A stretch of 64,000 bases of DNA from a virus. Below, one piece after another: positions 28,857 to 38,748 of the stretch. Position 1 is the first letter of the stretch; each line of letters starts with the position of its first letter. Position numbers and translations under genes: made by a program. Below the pieces are notes generated by a model. It worked only from the letters and a program-made list of their open reading frames with translations, was not told the origin of the DNA and did no database searches. The stretch covers positions 68,917 to 132,916 of IMG/VR virus record IMGVR_UViG_3300046804_000544; one strand, 5' to 3'.

Positions 28857-30988
28857 TGACATACTATATAGACCATACAGATGCAAATAATTACGGTACT
28901 ATTACTATTGCTGATCAAACAGTTAACCAAGAAACCAGTTTAAAATTTGTAGGAAAAAACTATCCTAACTATGCTCAACCTATAGCTGAAAATTTTTTAC
29001 ATTTATTAGAAAATTTTGCTAAAAGCACACCACCAACAAGCCCAGTTATAGGACAATTATGGTACGATACTAATAGTATTGCTAACCCTAGTCAGCCTCA
29101 ATTAAAAGTATGGGACGGTACTAACTGGGTCCCAGCCGGCAATGTTAAAAAGTCAATAACTCGACCTACAACATCAGTTATTGGTGATATTTGGGTTGAT
29201 ACTGCTAACCAACAGTTATACATTTGGTCTGGTGCAACATGGATTTTAGTTGGGCCACAGTTTAGTGAAGGCACACAATCTGGCCCTGTAGTAGAACAAG
29301 TATATGATATACTTAATGCTACCCACGTTATCATTAAATTTATTGTCGGAAATGAAATAGTTGCTATTATCAGTAAAGATGCATTCACTCCAAAAGTAGC
29401 AATTGAAGGATTTACTGCTGACGGTATTAAAGCAGGTATTAATATATCTGGAAAAGATTTTAATAATAACGGGTTTGTTGACAACAAGTTATGGGGAGTA
29501 GCTGATAAAGCCTCTAAACTTATTGTAAACGGCTATCCAACTGGACTAGCTGCTGATAATTTCTTAAGAGGCGATGTTTCAACAACGGCCAATGCTGGCA
29601 TTAACATTAGAAATAATTCTGGTTTAACATTTGGTAGCGATTTAAATGCATCTTTATCAACATCTACTAATGGAGACATTTTATTATCAAATAAAACAGA
29701 AGGCACTAATATTTACATTAGAACATATATTGCAGGTGATTACAACAACGTAGTTACAGTTTCTGGAAATAACGTAGGCATTAACAAAACTAATCCTGCC
29801 GAAGCATTAGATATAACTGGAAAGATCGTTGCCAGTGACGGGTTAACAGTAACAAGCACAGTTGATTCAACAAATTTAGTTACAGGCAGTATAAAAACTG
29901 CTGGCGGAATAAGTATAGCCAAGTCATTAAATGTTGGATCTAATGCAAATATATCTGGTACAGTTACAACAGGAGCATTACTACCAACAACAACTAATAC
30001 AAAAGATATTGGTAGCGACACTGCAAGATACAATAGGATTTATGCTAATACTGTTGGTAACATTGATAATACTACACAATTTGTTGGAACATTTACTGGA
30101 ACTTTTGCTGGATCAGTAACTGGAACTGCAACAAAATTAGTAAGTCCTACTATTTTTCAATTAACAGGTGATGTAGCAAGTAATGCAATTAGCTTTACAG
30201 GATTACAAGAAGATGGTTTAGCTACATTTACAACTGTACTAAGTTCAGATGTAATTACATCAAAAGATGCTGTAGTTGATAGTGCATTAACTGATACATT
30301 ATTAATTTATAGACCATTAGTAGGTTTAAGAAAAACAACTAAAGCTAGTTTTTTAGCTAATGTTGCTACAGTGCCAACAGGAGTTATATTTCCGTTTGCC
30401 GGAACAACTGTACCAAACGGATATGTACTTTGCGACGGAAGCGAATATTTAATTAGTCAATATCCAGAGTTATACGCTGTAATAGGTTATGCATACAAAG
30501 CACTGGGATTATTACAAGGTGTTGCAACTTTTGCTGTTCCAGATTTAAGAGGACGTTTTCCTCTAGGATTAGATTCAATGTTTAGCGGTAATACTGTGCC
30601 TTTAGCACCAACAGGCGCAACATCTGGAACAACAGTGACTTCTGCTGCTAATCGGGTAACGGATGTTACAGCTGATATTATAGGTAACGGCAATGGAACA
30701 GAAGAAAAGCCAATATTAGTCAGCAATTTACCAGAACACAAACACGATCTAAAAGGTACAGATAGTTTAGGCAATAAAGGTAATAAGTATTACGCAGTTA
30801 GAAATAGTCCTGATCCTATAACAGATGTAGATGCAGTAGCAGGATTTGGTCTAGACACAGGTGCAACTGCACAGTTTCTTTCAAACAGTGGCGGTATTGA
30901 TAATACAGCACAAACAGATGTGCCAATTAATGTTATGAACCCGTATCTAACTGTTAACTACATAATTTTTACCGGTAGGATAATTTAA
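28856..30988 (+). CDS. Tail fibre protein with C-terminal tail-collar domain
   Basis: Shared N-terminal fibre-root domain (GKNY...ENFLHLLENFA...GQLWYD); collar motif VPTGVIFPFAG...PNGYVLCDG...FAVPDLRGRFPLG...MNPYLTVNYII. Confidence 0.85.
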   Translation: MTYYIDHTDANNYGTITIADQTVNQETSLKFVGKNYPNYAQPIAENFLHLLENFAKSTPPTSPVIGQLWYDTNSIANPSQPQLKVWDGTNWVPAGNVKKSITRPTTSVIGDIWVDTANQQLYIWSGATWILVGPQFSEGTQSGPVVEQVYDILNATHVIIKFIVGNEIVAIISKDAFTPKVAIEGFTADGIKAGINISGKDFNNNGFVDNKLWGVADKASKLIVNGYPTGLAADNFLRGDVSTTANAGINIRNNSGLTFGSDLNASLSTSTNGDILLSNKTEGTNIYIRTYIAGDYNNVVTVSGNNVGINKTNPAEALDITGKIVASDGLTVTSTVDSTNLVTGSIKTAGGISIAKSLNVGSNANISGTVTTGALLPTTTNTKDIGSDTARYNRIYANTVGNIDNTTQFVGTFTGTFAGSVTGTATKLVSPTIFQLTGDVASNAISFTGLQEDGLATFTTVLSSDVITSKDAVVDSALTDTLLIYRPLVGLRKTTKASFLANVATVPTGVIFPFAGTTVPNGYVLCDGSEYLISQYPELYAVIGYAYKALGLLQGVATFAVPDLRGRFPLGLDSMFSGNTVPLAPTGATSGTTVTSAANRVTDVTADIIGNGNGTEEKPILVSNLPEHKHDLKGTDSLGNKGNKYYAVRNSPDPITDVDAVAGFGLDTGATAQFLSNSGGIDNTAQTDVPINVMNPYLTVNYIIFTGRII

Positions 30989-32076
30989 TGACTTATAAGA
31001 TTAATAAAACCGACGGGTCGTTGTTAGCTGAAGTAGTCGATAGTACTATTGATCAGACAGCTTCAGACCTAACATTAATTGGAAAAAACGTTGCCGGTTT
31101 TGGTGAATACATTAATGAAAACTTTATTCATTTATTAGAAAATTTTGCAAACACAAGCCAACCTAATAATCCTATTACCGGACAGTTATGGTTTGATACT
31201 AGTCAAAATAGACTAAAAGTTTATGACGGTGCAGGTTTTAAACAAGGCAGCGGTCCTATCGTTTCGGGCACAGACCCACTAACTTATGTGCAAGGAGACA
31301 TGTGGATTGACAGTGCTGAAAAACAACTGTATTTTACCAGCGGATCTGGATGGACACCAGCTAGTAAAATTTATAAAGATAGTCAAGGCATTTCAGGTTT
31401 TACAGTTGAAACTATATTTGATACAAATAGTAATGAAAAAGTTGTTTTGTATCTATGGTGCGGTTCGGTAATTTTAGGAATTTTTAGTAAGTATTCTGTT
31501 GAATTTACACCGTCAGTTGCTATTCCTGGATTTAGCGGAAATATTAAACCTGGATTTAATGCTGGTACATTGGCCAACATGAAGTTTAATGTAACAGCAA
31601 CAGCAGCAGATCAGCTAGTAGGACCTAGCGGCAATTTAAAAACTTATGCAGATTTTATGAGTACTACTGGTGATACCAACACCACTGGTACTATTACAAT
31701 TACTAATGCTAAACCGTTTATATTAGGTCCTAATCAAAATTATGAAGTAATTTCAAGTGTATCGTTGTTTTCTATAAAAAGTAACAATTCTGCACAAGAT
31801 TTCAGCGTACAAGTTAAGTACGGAGCGACAACACAGGATGCAATTACTGTAAAAAGTACTACAAGTAGGGTAGGAATTTTTAATAATAATCCGCAATATA
31901 CTTTAGATGTTACGGGATCTATGCGTGCTAGCCAGCAATTAATGCTACCAAAGTATACAACTGCTACTAGGGATGCTAGGACATTAACATCGGCTAATTA
32001 TGGAGAGATTATTTTTAACACTACTACAAGCAAAGTGCAGGTTTACACGTCTACCGGTTGGCAAGATTTGAACTAA
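30988..32076 (+). CDS. Tail fibre-like protein (paralogue)
   Basis: Same N-terminal domain (GKNVAGFGEYINENFIHLLENFA...GQLWFD); fibre-type RVGIFNNNPQYTLDVTG motif. Confidence 0.75.
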   Translation: MTYKINKTDGSLLAEVVDSTIDQTASDLTLIGKNVAGFGEYINENFIHLLENFANTSQPNNPITGQLWFDTSQNRLKVYDGAGFKQGSGPIVSGTDPLTYVQGDMWIDSAEKQLYFTSGSGWTPASKIYKDSQGISGFTVETIFDTNSNEKVVLYLWCGSVILGIFSKYSVEFTPSVAIPGFSGNIKPGFNAGTLANMKFNVTATAADQLVGPSGNLKTYADFMSTTGDTNTTGTITITNAKPFILGPNQNYEVISSVSLFSIKSNNSAQDFSVQVKYGATTQDAITVKSTTSRVGIFNNNPQYTLDVTGSMRASQQLMLPKYTTATRDARTLTSANYGEIIFNTTTSKVQVYTSTGWQDLN

Positions 32077-32079
32077 ATA
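32074..32079 (+). promoter_or_regulatory. Late promoter motif
   Basis: AACTAAATATAA identical to 4551-4562; 22 nt before ATG 32102. Confidence 0.6.
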
Positions 32080-32101
32080 TAAAATACAAGGGGTTGAGTA
32101 A

Positions 32102-33565
32102 ATGCCATACAGCATTAACAGATATAACAACGCAGTACTAACAGTAATCGCAGATGGTACTATTGACACTACGACTGATCTTAAATTGATTGGTAAAAAT
32201 TATGCTGGTTACGGCGAAGTACAAAACGAAAATTTTGTAAATTTACTTGAAAATTTTTCAGGAACTACAGCACCGCCTCGTCCCCTAAGCGGTCAAGTTT
32301 GGTTTGATAGTTCTGTAAAAAAGTTAAAGTTTTACGATAATTCAAAGTGGCGCACTACTGGTGGTGCAGAAGTTAGCACAAGTGCTCCTTCTGGATTAAC
32401 AACTGGCGATTTTTGGTGGGACAGTGCTAATAAACAGTTATGGTCTTATAACGGCTCGGATTTTACATTAGTTGGACCGCAAACAGCACCAGGTTTTGGA
32501 TCAACTGAAATAGTATCTGCTACAGTTACTGATACAAATAGCAATTTACATGCTATAATTAAAGCAGTAGTTGACGGTGATGTAGTTTATGTTATATCTA
32601 CTGACGAATTTACAGTTGACGGCCCAGCACAAAGCCTACCTGGTTTTACAGTTATTAAACAAGGTTTAACATTAGTTAACACTCCAACTAGCGGCGTAAC
32701 GTCTACAGCCCACAGATACTGGGGAACAGCATCTAATGCATTAAAATTAAACGGTTATAGTAGCGGAGATTTTATTTTAGCCGGTAGTGCTAATTTTAAT
32801 ACAGTGGTCCGTTTTAGTGATTTAGGGTATACTGTAGGTAACAGCAACGATTTAGCAGTTTATATTGACGGTGATGGCACAACACCAGTTATTAAAAATA
32901 CTCTTAGCGATACTATTAAATTTCAAACAACTAGCGGAGGAACAAAAACTCCATTAACATTAGTTGGCGCAGATCTTCTTCCAGGATCAACCGCTATTTC
33001 AAACATAGGGTCTGCTTTATTAAAGTATGCAACAGTATACGCTAATAGTTTTAATGGAACTGCTACTAAATCAGATACAACAAATGTAGGTGGAAGCTAT
33101 TATAGCGCCTCAACAACCGTATCTGCAGGATCTATTAGTATTGCTGCAAGAGATTCAAACGGTGATTTGTACGCAAATGTGTTTAACGGAACAGCTACAC
33201 AAGCTAGATTTGCTGACTTAGCAGAATTGTATCTAGCTGACGAAACATACGAAGTTGGAACAGTATTAATGATTGGTGGAGATAAAGAAGTTACTGCATG
33301 TTATGTTGGTATGAGAGCAATTGGTGCAGTATCTAAAAACCCTGCACATCTGATGAACAGCCAATTACCAAACGGAACGCCAGTGGCTCTTAAAGGCCGC
33401 GTTCCGGTTAAAGTTACAGGACCAGTATTTAAAGGTGATAGATTAGTAGCAGGCCCACACGGAACCGCGCGGCAAGCTAACGAATTTTTTGAAAATGTAT
33501 TTGCCGTAGCATTAGAGACAAACACAGCCGACGGCGTTAAATTAGTTGAAGCTCTAATTTTATAA
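32102..33565 (+). CDS. Tail fibre-like protein with C-terminal autoproteolytic chaperone-like (peptidase G2/IMC-type) domain
   Basis: Same N-terminal domain; C-terminal ADLAELY...GTVLMIGG...GAVSKNPAHLMN...VALKGRVPVKV...KGDRLV. Confidence 0.7.
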   Translation: MPYSINRYNNAVLTVIADGTIDTTTDLKLIGKNYAGYGEVQNENFVNLLENFSGTTAPPRPLSGQVWFDSSVKKLKFYDNSKWRTTGGAEVSTSAPSGLTTGDFWWDSANKQLWSYNGSDFTLVGPQTAPGFGSTEIVSATVTDTNSNLHAIIKAVVDGDVVYVISTDEFTVDGPAQSLPGFTVIKQGLTLVNTPTSGVTSTAHRYWGTASNALKLNGYSSGDFILAGSANFNTVVRFSDLGYTVGNSNDLAVYIDGDGTTPVIKNTLSDTIKFQTTSGGTKTPLTLVGADLLPGSTAISNIGSALLKYATVYANSFNGTATKSDTTNVGGSYYSASTTVSAGSISIAARDSNGDLYANVFNGTATQARFADLAELYLADETYEVGTVLMIGGDKEVTACYVGMRAIGAVSKNPAHLMNSQLPNGTPVALKGRVPVKVTGPVFKGDRLVAGPHGTARQANEFFENVFAVALETNTADGVKLVEALIL

Positions 33566-33574
33566 GGAAATAAA

Positions 33575-34519
33575 ATGCCAGGCGTTGGATCAATAATTAG
33601 CACAACAGATTATAATAACATTAGAGATAAAGTTAATTTAGTTCTAGGAACTAATTCAAACGGATATGGACAACCTTTGTCTAGTAGTGCTGCTACATCT
33701 GGCAGTTTAATTTCAGTTTCTTTATGGAATAATTTGCGTACAGATTTGTTAGTTGCTCGTCAGCATCAATCAGGGGTAACCGAATCTTTAACAATTCCTA
33801 CAACATCAACACTAATTACGGAATCATTTAGAGCTGCATATGATTCAATGGCCGATACAATCACAGCAAACAAGTTTATCTGTGCGCCAAATAAAGCGGG
33901 CATTGAGCCTCTAGTAAATAGAAACGCTGTTTCATGGTACACCCAAATAACTCACACGGTTACTGTTAGCTTTCTTAACAATACTGAAGCAAGATATTTC
34001 TTTAATGCAGGCGGCCAAATAAGATTTAATGCTTATAATACTGGAACCACCGGTGGTTCCAGCGGAGCTAAAAATGTAGCATGGCAAGCTATGATAGGTA
34101 GTCAAAATATTACCTATACCGGTAACATTCCTAATGTATCAAGCGGTATGGGTGTAGTCGCTATGAATTATAATTCTACATCTACAGTGTCTGGAAGCGC
34201 ATCTACTCCTGGCACAGGTAGTGGTTTTGGATTTTATACAATAACTGGAACGTCTGCAGGGTCAGCAAATACGCTTTTTACAACTAACGGACCTGCCGGT
34301 TTGTATGCTGCGGTTGATTATAGCATTAAGGCCTATGTAGATAATGCAAGTACTCCTTCTGCTATTACTTTTATTATTCAAATGAATGACGATAGAAGTG
34401 AAAACATTGACGAAGTAGTAGGACAAACATACAGTGTAGTCCAATCTTTTAGACCGCAAGGTGCCGGTGATGTTACCGTTACTGGCCCATCAGTAAGCGA
34501 CTCGTTTACTTCTTCATAA
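33575..34519 (+). CDS. Putative virion structural protein (Ser/Thr/Gly-rich)
   Basis: End of tail module; ARYFFNAGGQIRF motif; composition typical of fibre-associated proteins. Confidence 0.55.
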   Translation: MPGVGSIISTTDYNNIRDKVNLVLGTNSNGYGQPLSSSAATSGSLISVSLWNNLRTDLLVARQHQSGVTESLTIPTTSTLITESFRAAYDSMADTITANKFICAPNKAGIEPLVNRNAVSWYTQITHTVTVSFLNNTEARYFFNAGGQIRFNAYNTGTTGGSSGAKNVAWQAMIGSQNITYTGNIPNVSSGMGVVAMNYNSTSTVSGSASTPGTGSGFGFYTITGTSAGSANTLFTTNGPAGLYAAVDYSIKAYVDNASTPSAITFIIQMNDDRSENIDEVVGQTYSVVQSFRPQGAGDVTVTGPSVSDSFTSS

Positions 34520-34545
34520 TTAACAATCCATCCAAATTTTAACGA

Positions 34546-34567
34546 TAACTACATTATAATAATGTAG
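34546..34567 (+). promoter_or_regulatory. Late-like promoter (TAACTA) with adjoining hairpin at the head of the enzyme cluster
   Basis: TAACTA 34546-34551; 8-bp inverted repeat CTACATTA (34549-34556)/TAATGTAG (34560-34567) abutting SD GGGGA; GTG start 34577. Confidence 0.5.
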
Positions 34568-34576
34568 GGGAATCGT

Positions 34577-34927
34577 GTGGAAAATTTTCTAGAAAAAGCT
34601 CTTGAAACAGCCAATTTGATGACAAATTTGGCAAATCAAAAACGTGCCCTTAAAGAAGAATTTGAACAAACTCAAATTTTTTTTTATAATGGCGGCACAT
34701 TTACTATTACAACTCAGTTAATTACATTTGTTAATTTTTTAATCAGTAAAGGTTATACCGGAAAAGTTCCGCTAATTGATAATAACGGTGTCCCTATACT
34801 AGTTGAAAACTTAGATTTCTTTTTAGATTCATTGCTTGATCTTTATTTTCAAAGTACAAACAAGTATTATCACAAATACGAAGCTATAAGACAAACTAAA
34901 GACATTAAAAATATTTTAGATCTATGA
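34577..34927 (+). CDS. Hypothetical protein, first gene of enzyme cluster
   Basis: GTG start with SD GGGGA; ATGA overlap with next gene. Confidence 0.7.
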   Translation: MENFLEKALETANLMTNLANQKRALKEEFEQTQIFFYNGGTFTITTQLITFVNFLISKGYTGKVPLIDNNGVPILVENLDFFLDSLLDLYFQSTNKYYHKYEAIRQTKDIKNILDL

Positions 34928-35748
34928 GCAAAGGCGTATTGCTATTTGCCTATAATAATTCTGATATAGATTATATTGAATTAGCAGTTATAAGTGCAAA
35001 TAGAATTAAACATCATCTAAACCTGCCAGTGTCTATAGTAGTTGACACTGTATCACTTGACGATTCTAGATTATCTCTATTTGATAAAATTATTGAATCA
35101 AATAGTAAGTCAAGTCAGAAAAAAAGATTTTATGATGGTCCAGATTATAAAATGTTAGAATGGAAAAATTCTACACGACCTAATGCTTATACATTAACAC
35201 CATACAAAGAAACATTAGTATTAGATGTTGATTATATAGTATGTTCTAATATTTTATTAAATTCTTTTAATTTAAACAAAGATTTTTTAATTTATAAACA
35301 ATCTTATGATATGGCTGAGTGGCGTAGTAAAGATGCCTTTAATTATATTAACAGTTATTCAACAGAATTTTTCTGGGCTACAGTATTCTATTTTAAGAAA
35401 ACTGCCTGGACAGAAATGTTTTTTAATTTAGTCACGTACATTAAAGATAATTGGGAATATTATAGATGTCTTTACCAGGTAGACATGCCTAATTATAGAA
35501 ATGACATTGCTTTTAGTATAGCATTAAACATACTTAACGGTTTTAGCACAGCTAATAATTTTGTTGGACATTTACCGTCAAAATTATATTATACTGCCGA
35601 TAGAGATTTTCTAATAAAAACAGATAATACATCTTGCACATTTTTGCTGCAAAAAGAAAATGCACTAGGCGAATATACAATAATGCGTACAGAAAATTTA
35701 GATGTACATGTTATGAATAAGTCTAGTATATTAAGGACTTGCAAATGA
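34924..35748 (+). CDS. Glycosyltransferase-like protein (GT-A fold, GT8-like)
   Basis: TPYKETLVLDVDY DxD motif; WATVFYFKK; RNDIAFSIA; LHVMNK-like C-terminus. Confidence 0.65.
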   Translation: MSKGVLLFAYNNSDIDYIELAVISANRIKHHLNLPVSIVVDTVSLDDSRLSLFDKIIESNSKSSQKKRFYDGPDYKMLEWKNSTRPNAYTLTPYKETLVLDVDYIVCSNILLNSFNLNKDFLIYKQSYDMAEWRSKDAFNYINSYSTEFFWATVFYFKKTAWTEMFFNLVTYIKDNWEYYRCLYQVDMPNYRNDIAFSIALNILNGFSTANNFVGHLPSKLYYTADRDFLIKTDNTSCTFLLQKENALGEYTIMRTENLDVHVMNKSSILRTCK

Positions 35749-36575
35749 ATAGAGGACATGTATTCTTAGCACAAAATAGTGACGTTAATTATGTTAGACA
35801 GGCCTATGCTCTTGCAACGTCAATTAAAAAATTTAATAAAAATAATCAAACTTGTTTGATTACTAATGACTCAGTTCCTTTAGAATATTTTAAATCGTTT
35901 GACCATATAGTTAAAATTCCCTGGGGTGATGCAGCACACCATAGTCAATGGAAAATTGAAAATCGTTGGAAAATAATTTATGCTACGCCTTTTAAATATA
36001 ATCTAGTATATGATACAGACATGTTGGTTTTATCTTCAACTGATCATTGGTGGGAATATCTTGAAGATAGAGATGTTGTTTTAACATCTCAAGTAAAAAC
36101 TTATCGAGGACTAGCAGCAACTAGTGACCATTATAGAAAGGCCTTTACAGCAAATCAGCTACCTAATAGTTATTTTGGTCTACATTACTTTAATAAAAAT
36201 CGTCAATCTTTTGAATTTTATAAATGGTTAGAAATTGTTGTAAAAAATTGGCGTGTGTTTTTTGAAAAATATACTCCTCAATCTACTCAAAGGTTTTGTA
36301 GTATTGATGTAGCTTCTGCTATTGTTATAAAATTAATGAACGCAGAATCTGACTTTATGATTGATAGTGATTTACCTTCATTTATACATATGAAATCTGG
36401 TATACAAAACTGGAAAGAATTTTCTGAAGATTGGCAAGAAGAAGTACCGGTAACATTTGATAACCAATGTCGTTTAAAAATAGCAAATTTTTTACAATCT
36501 GGCGTATTCCATTACACTGAAGATAGTTTTTTAACCGATGACTTTATTAATAAATTAGAGAATTACAATGTCTGA
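35745..36575 (+). CDS. Glycosyltransferase-like protein (paralogue of 34924)
   Basis: TPFKYNLVYDTDML DxD motif, FIHMK, FHY; ATG 35745 overlaps previous stop, SD AAGGA. Confidence 0.65.
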   Translation: MNRGHVFLAQNSDVNYVRQAYALATSIKKFNKNNQTCLITNDSVPLEYFKSFDHIVKIPWGDAAHHSQWKIENRWKIIYATPFKYNLVYDTDMLVLSSTDHWWEYLEDRDVVLTSQVKTYRGLAATSDHYRKAFTANQLPNSYFGLHYFNKNRQSFEFYKWLEIVVKNWRVFFEKYTPQSTQRFCSIDVASAIVIKLMNAESDFMIDSDLPSFIHMKSGIQNWKEFSEDWQEEVPVTFDNQCRLKIANFLQSGVFHYTEDSFLTDDFINKLENYNV

Positions 36576-37164
36576 AGAAATTGAATATCTTAGTCAAGAA
36601 GAAATTGATCGTGCTGAAGCCCTTCTAAAAGGATCAAAGAAGTATTATGTCTACTATACAGACGAAGGCGAAATTGTTGCTATTGTAAAAGAACCTAAAG
36701 ATTGGGCCAAAAACGTTTTAGAAGTTGACGAAGAAAATGTTTTAGGGTTTTTAAAAGGTGAAAAAACTACATACACCTACAAAATTAATAAACCTGCTCT
36801 TAAAGATAAAGCTATTGTAACAAGTAATCAGTTAAAAAAGTTTTCAAAATCGCCGTTAAGTGTTATTGACGGTAACAATGGAAATGAAGATTTAATTATT
36901 ACGCACAATTATGATCTTTGGAAAATAAAATTAAACAAAGATGATTTTAATGAACAAGACTTAGATAAAAAGTTAGACATATTTGTTGCAGTCAAAGACA
37001 ATCATAATTTTTTATTAAACACTTTAAGTTTTAAAATAAAAGATGCAATAAACGGAATAACATTTAAATTTAAATCACAGCACGAACAGAATTTTTATTC
37101 TGTTGAGTTATTAACTAAAAAAGTTTTTCCTTCCTACGGAACGCAATATGAGCCAAAAAGTTAA
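36568..37164 (+). CDS. Hypothetical protein
   Basis: Tiles the operon with overlaps at both ends. Confidence 0.65.
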   Translation: MSEEIEYLSQEEIDRAEALLKGSKKYYVYYTDEGEIVAIVKEPKDWAKNVLEVDEENVLGFLKGEKTTYTYKINKPALKDKAIVTSNQLKKFSKSPLSVIDGNNGNEDLIITHNYDLWKIKLNKDDFNEQDLDKKLDIFVAVKDNHNFLLNTLSFKIKDAINGITFKFKSQHEQNFYSVELLTKKVFPSYGTQYEPKS

Positions 37165-38074
37165 AATTATAGATCATGATGTTGTTTATCTAAGCTATGA
37201 TGAACCTAATGCTGAAAGAAATTATGCAGATTTGCTAAAGAAAATTCCGTGGGCAAAACGTGTTCATGGAGTTGACGGAAGTGATAGCGCACACAAAGCC
37301 TGTGCTAAATTAGCAACAACTGAACGAGTTACTATTATAGATGGTGATAATATTGTTGATGCAAACATTTTATCTCAAGAAATAGAATTCCAAGATCATG
37401 CTGATCTTTCAAAATGTGTACTCAGTTGGGGTGCTAAAAATATTATTAATGGATTAATTTACGGTAATGGTGGAATTAAATGTTGGCCTACACAGCTAAT
37501 ACTCGATATGCGTACACACGAAAATGCAGACCCTGCAAATGAAAAAACACAAGTAGATTTTTGTTGGGATATTAATTACATACAAATGAGCAAGTGTATG
37601 AGTGACGTACACAATAATGCTAGTCCTCAACAAGCGTGGCGTGCAGGATTTCGTGAAGGTGTAAAGATGAGTTTATTAGAAGGATCAAAGATAGATCCTA
37701 ATAAACTTTTTGACACACAAATACACTGGAAAAACTATCATAGACTCTGTACATGGTTAAATGTTGGCGCCGATGTTGAAAATGGTCATTGGGCTATTTA
37801 CGGTGCTAGACAAGGTTGCCATATGACAAACTTAACAGACTGGGACTTTACTGAAGTTAGAGATTTTAAATGGCTAAACAATTTCTGGGAAACTAAGGCA
37901 TCGGGATTAGATGAACAACAGTTAAAGTCTATGATAATATTCTATGGCGAAGAGCTTTGTCGTAAATTAAACATTCTTACAGGCCCAACATGTATGACAC
38001 CAGAACAGAGTAAATTTTTCAAAGCAGTTTACACTAATCCGCCTAGAATGAAAAGTAATTTGGTAATTGAATAA
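37148..38074 (+). CDS. Glycosyltransferase-like protein (GT-A/GT2-like)
   Basis: DVVYLSYDEPNA, RVHGVDG...AHKACA, IIDGD DxD motif, YGNGGIK, AWRAGFREGVK. Confidence 0.6.
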   Translation: MSQKVKIIDHDVVYLSYDEPNAERNYADLLKKIPWAKRVHGVDGSDSAHKACAKLATTERVTIIDGDNIVDANILSQEIEFQDHADLSKCVLSWGAKNIINGLIYGNGGIKCWPTQLILDMRTHENADPANEKTQVDFCWDINYIQMSKCMSDVHNNASPQQAWRAGFREGVKMSLLEGSKIDPNKLFDTQIHWKNYHRLCTWLNVGADVENGHWAIYGARQGCHMTNLTDWDFTEVRDFKWLNNFWETKASGLDEQQLKSMIIFYGEELCRKLNILTGPTCMTPEQSKFFKAVYTNPPRMKSNLVIE

Positions 38075-38748
38075 TGTACGATATAGTTTTTATCAGTTAT
38101 AACGAACCTAATGCGGATGATAATTGGAATAAGTTGATCACTAGGTTTCCTTTAGTTCGACGTGTACATGGAGTTAAAGGTATACATCAAGCTCATATTG
38201 CCGCTGCAAAATTATGTTTTACTAATATGTTTTGGGTAGTTGACGGTGATGCAGAAATTGTAGAATCTTTTGATTTTAGTTATCGTACTAAAATACAAGA
38301 TTATGTCTATGTATGGCGCAGCCGTAATCCTGTAAATGATTTAGAATACGGTAATGGCGGCGTTAAATTATTGCCTCGGTTAATGACTATCAATATGGAT
38401 GTATCTAAACCCGATATGACTACCAGTATTAGTGAAAAATTTAAACCTGTAATGCAAGTAAGTAATATTAATTGTTTTAACAGTGATCCTTTTAATACAT
38501 GGAAAAGTGCTTTTAGAGAGTGTTGCAAATTAAGCAGCAAAATTATTGATAGACAAAAATCTGATGAAACTAATGAAAGACTACGTACATGGTGTTCAAA
38601 AGGTTCAGAAAGACTCTATGGAGAATATGCAATTAAAGGTGCTCGAGCAGGTATGCAATATGGTATTGAAAATAAGGATAATGTTGAAGAGTTAAAAAAG
38701 ATCAACGATTTTGATTGGCTTACTCAAAAATTTAAGGAATCTTTATGA
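38074..38748 (+). CDS. Glycosyltransferase-like protein (paralogue of 37148)
   Basis: DIVFISYNEPNA, RVHGVKG...AHIAAA, VVDGD, YGNGGVK, TWKSAFRECCK. Confidence 0.6.
   Translation: MYDIVFISYNEPNADDNWNKLITRFPLVRRVHGVKGIHQAHIAAAKLCFTNMFWVVDGDAEIVESFDFSYRTKIQDYVYVWRSRNPVNDLEYGNGGVKLLPRLMTINMDVSKPDMTTSISEKFKPVMQVSNINCFNSDPFNTWKSAFRECCKLSSKIIDRQKSDETNERLRTWCSKGSERLYGEYAIKGARAGMQYGIENKDNVEELKKINDFDWLTQKFKESL

Noticed and set aside
28856-34519. Diversity-generating retroelement targeting the fibres
   Set aside because: No reverse transcriptase and no template/variable repeat pair noticed in the window.
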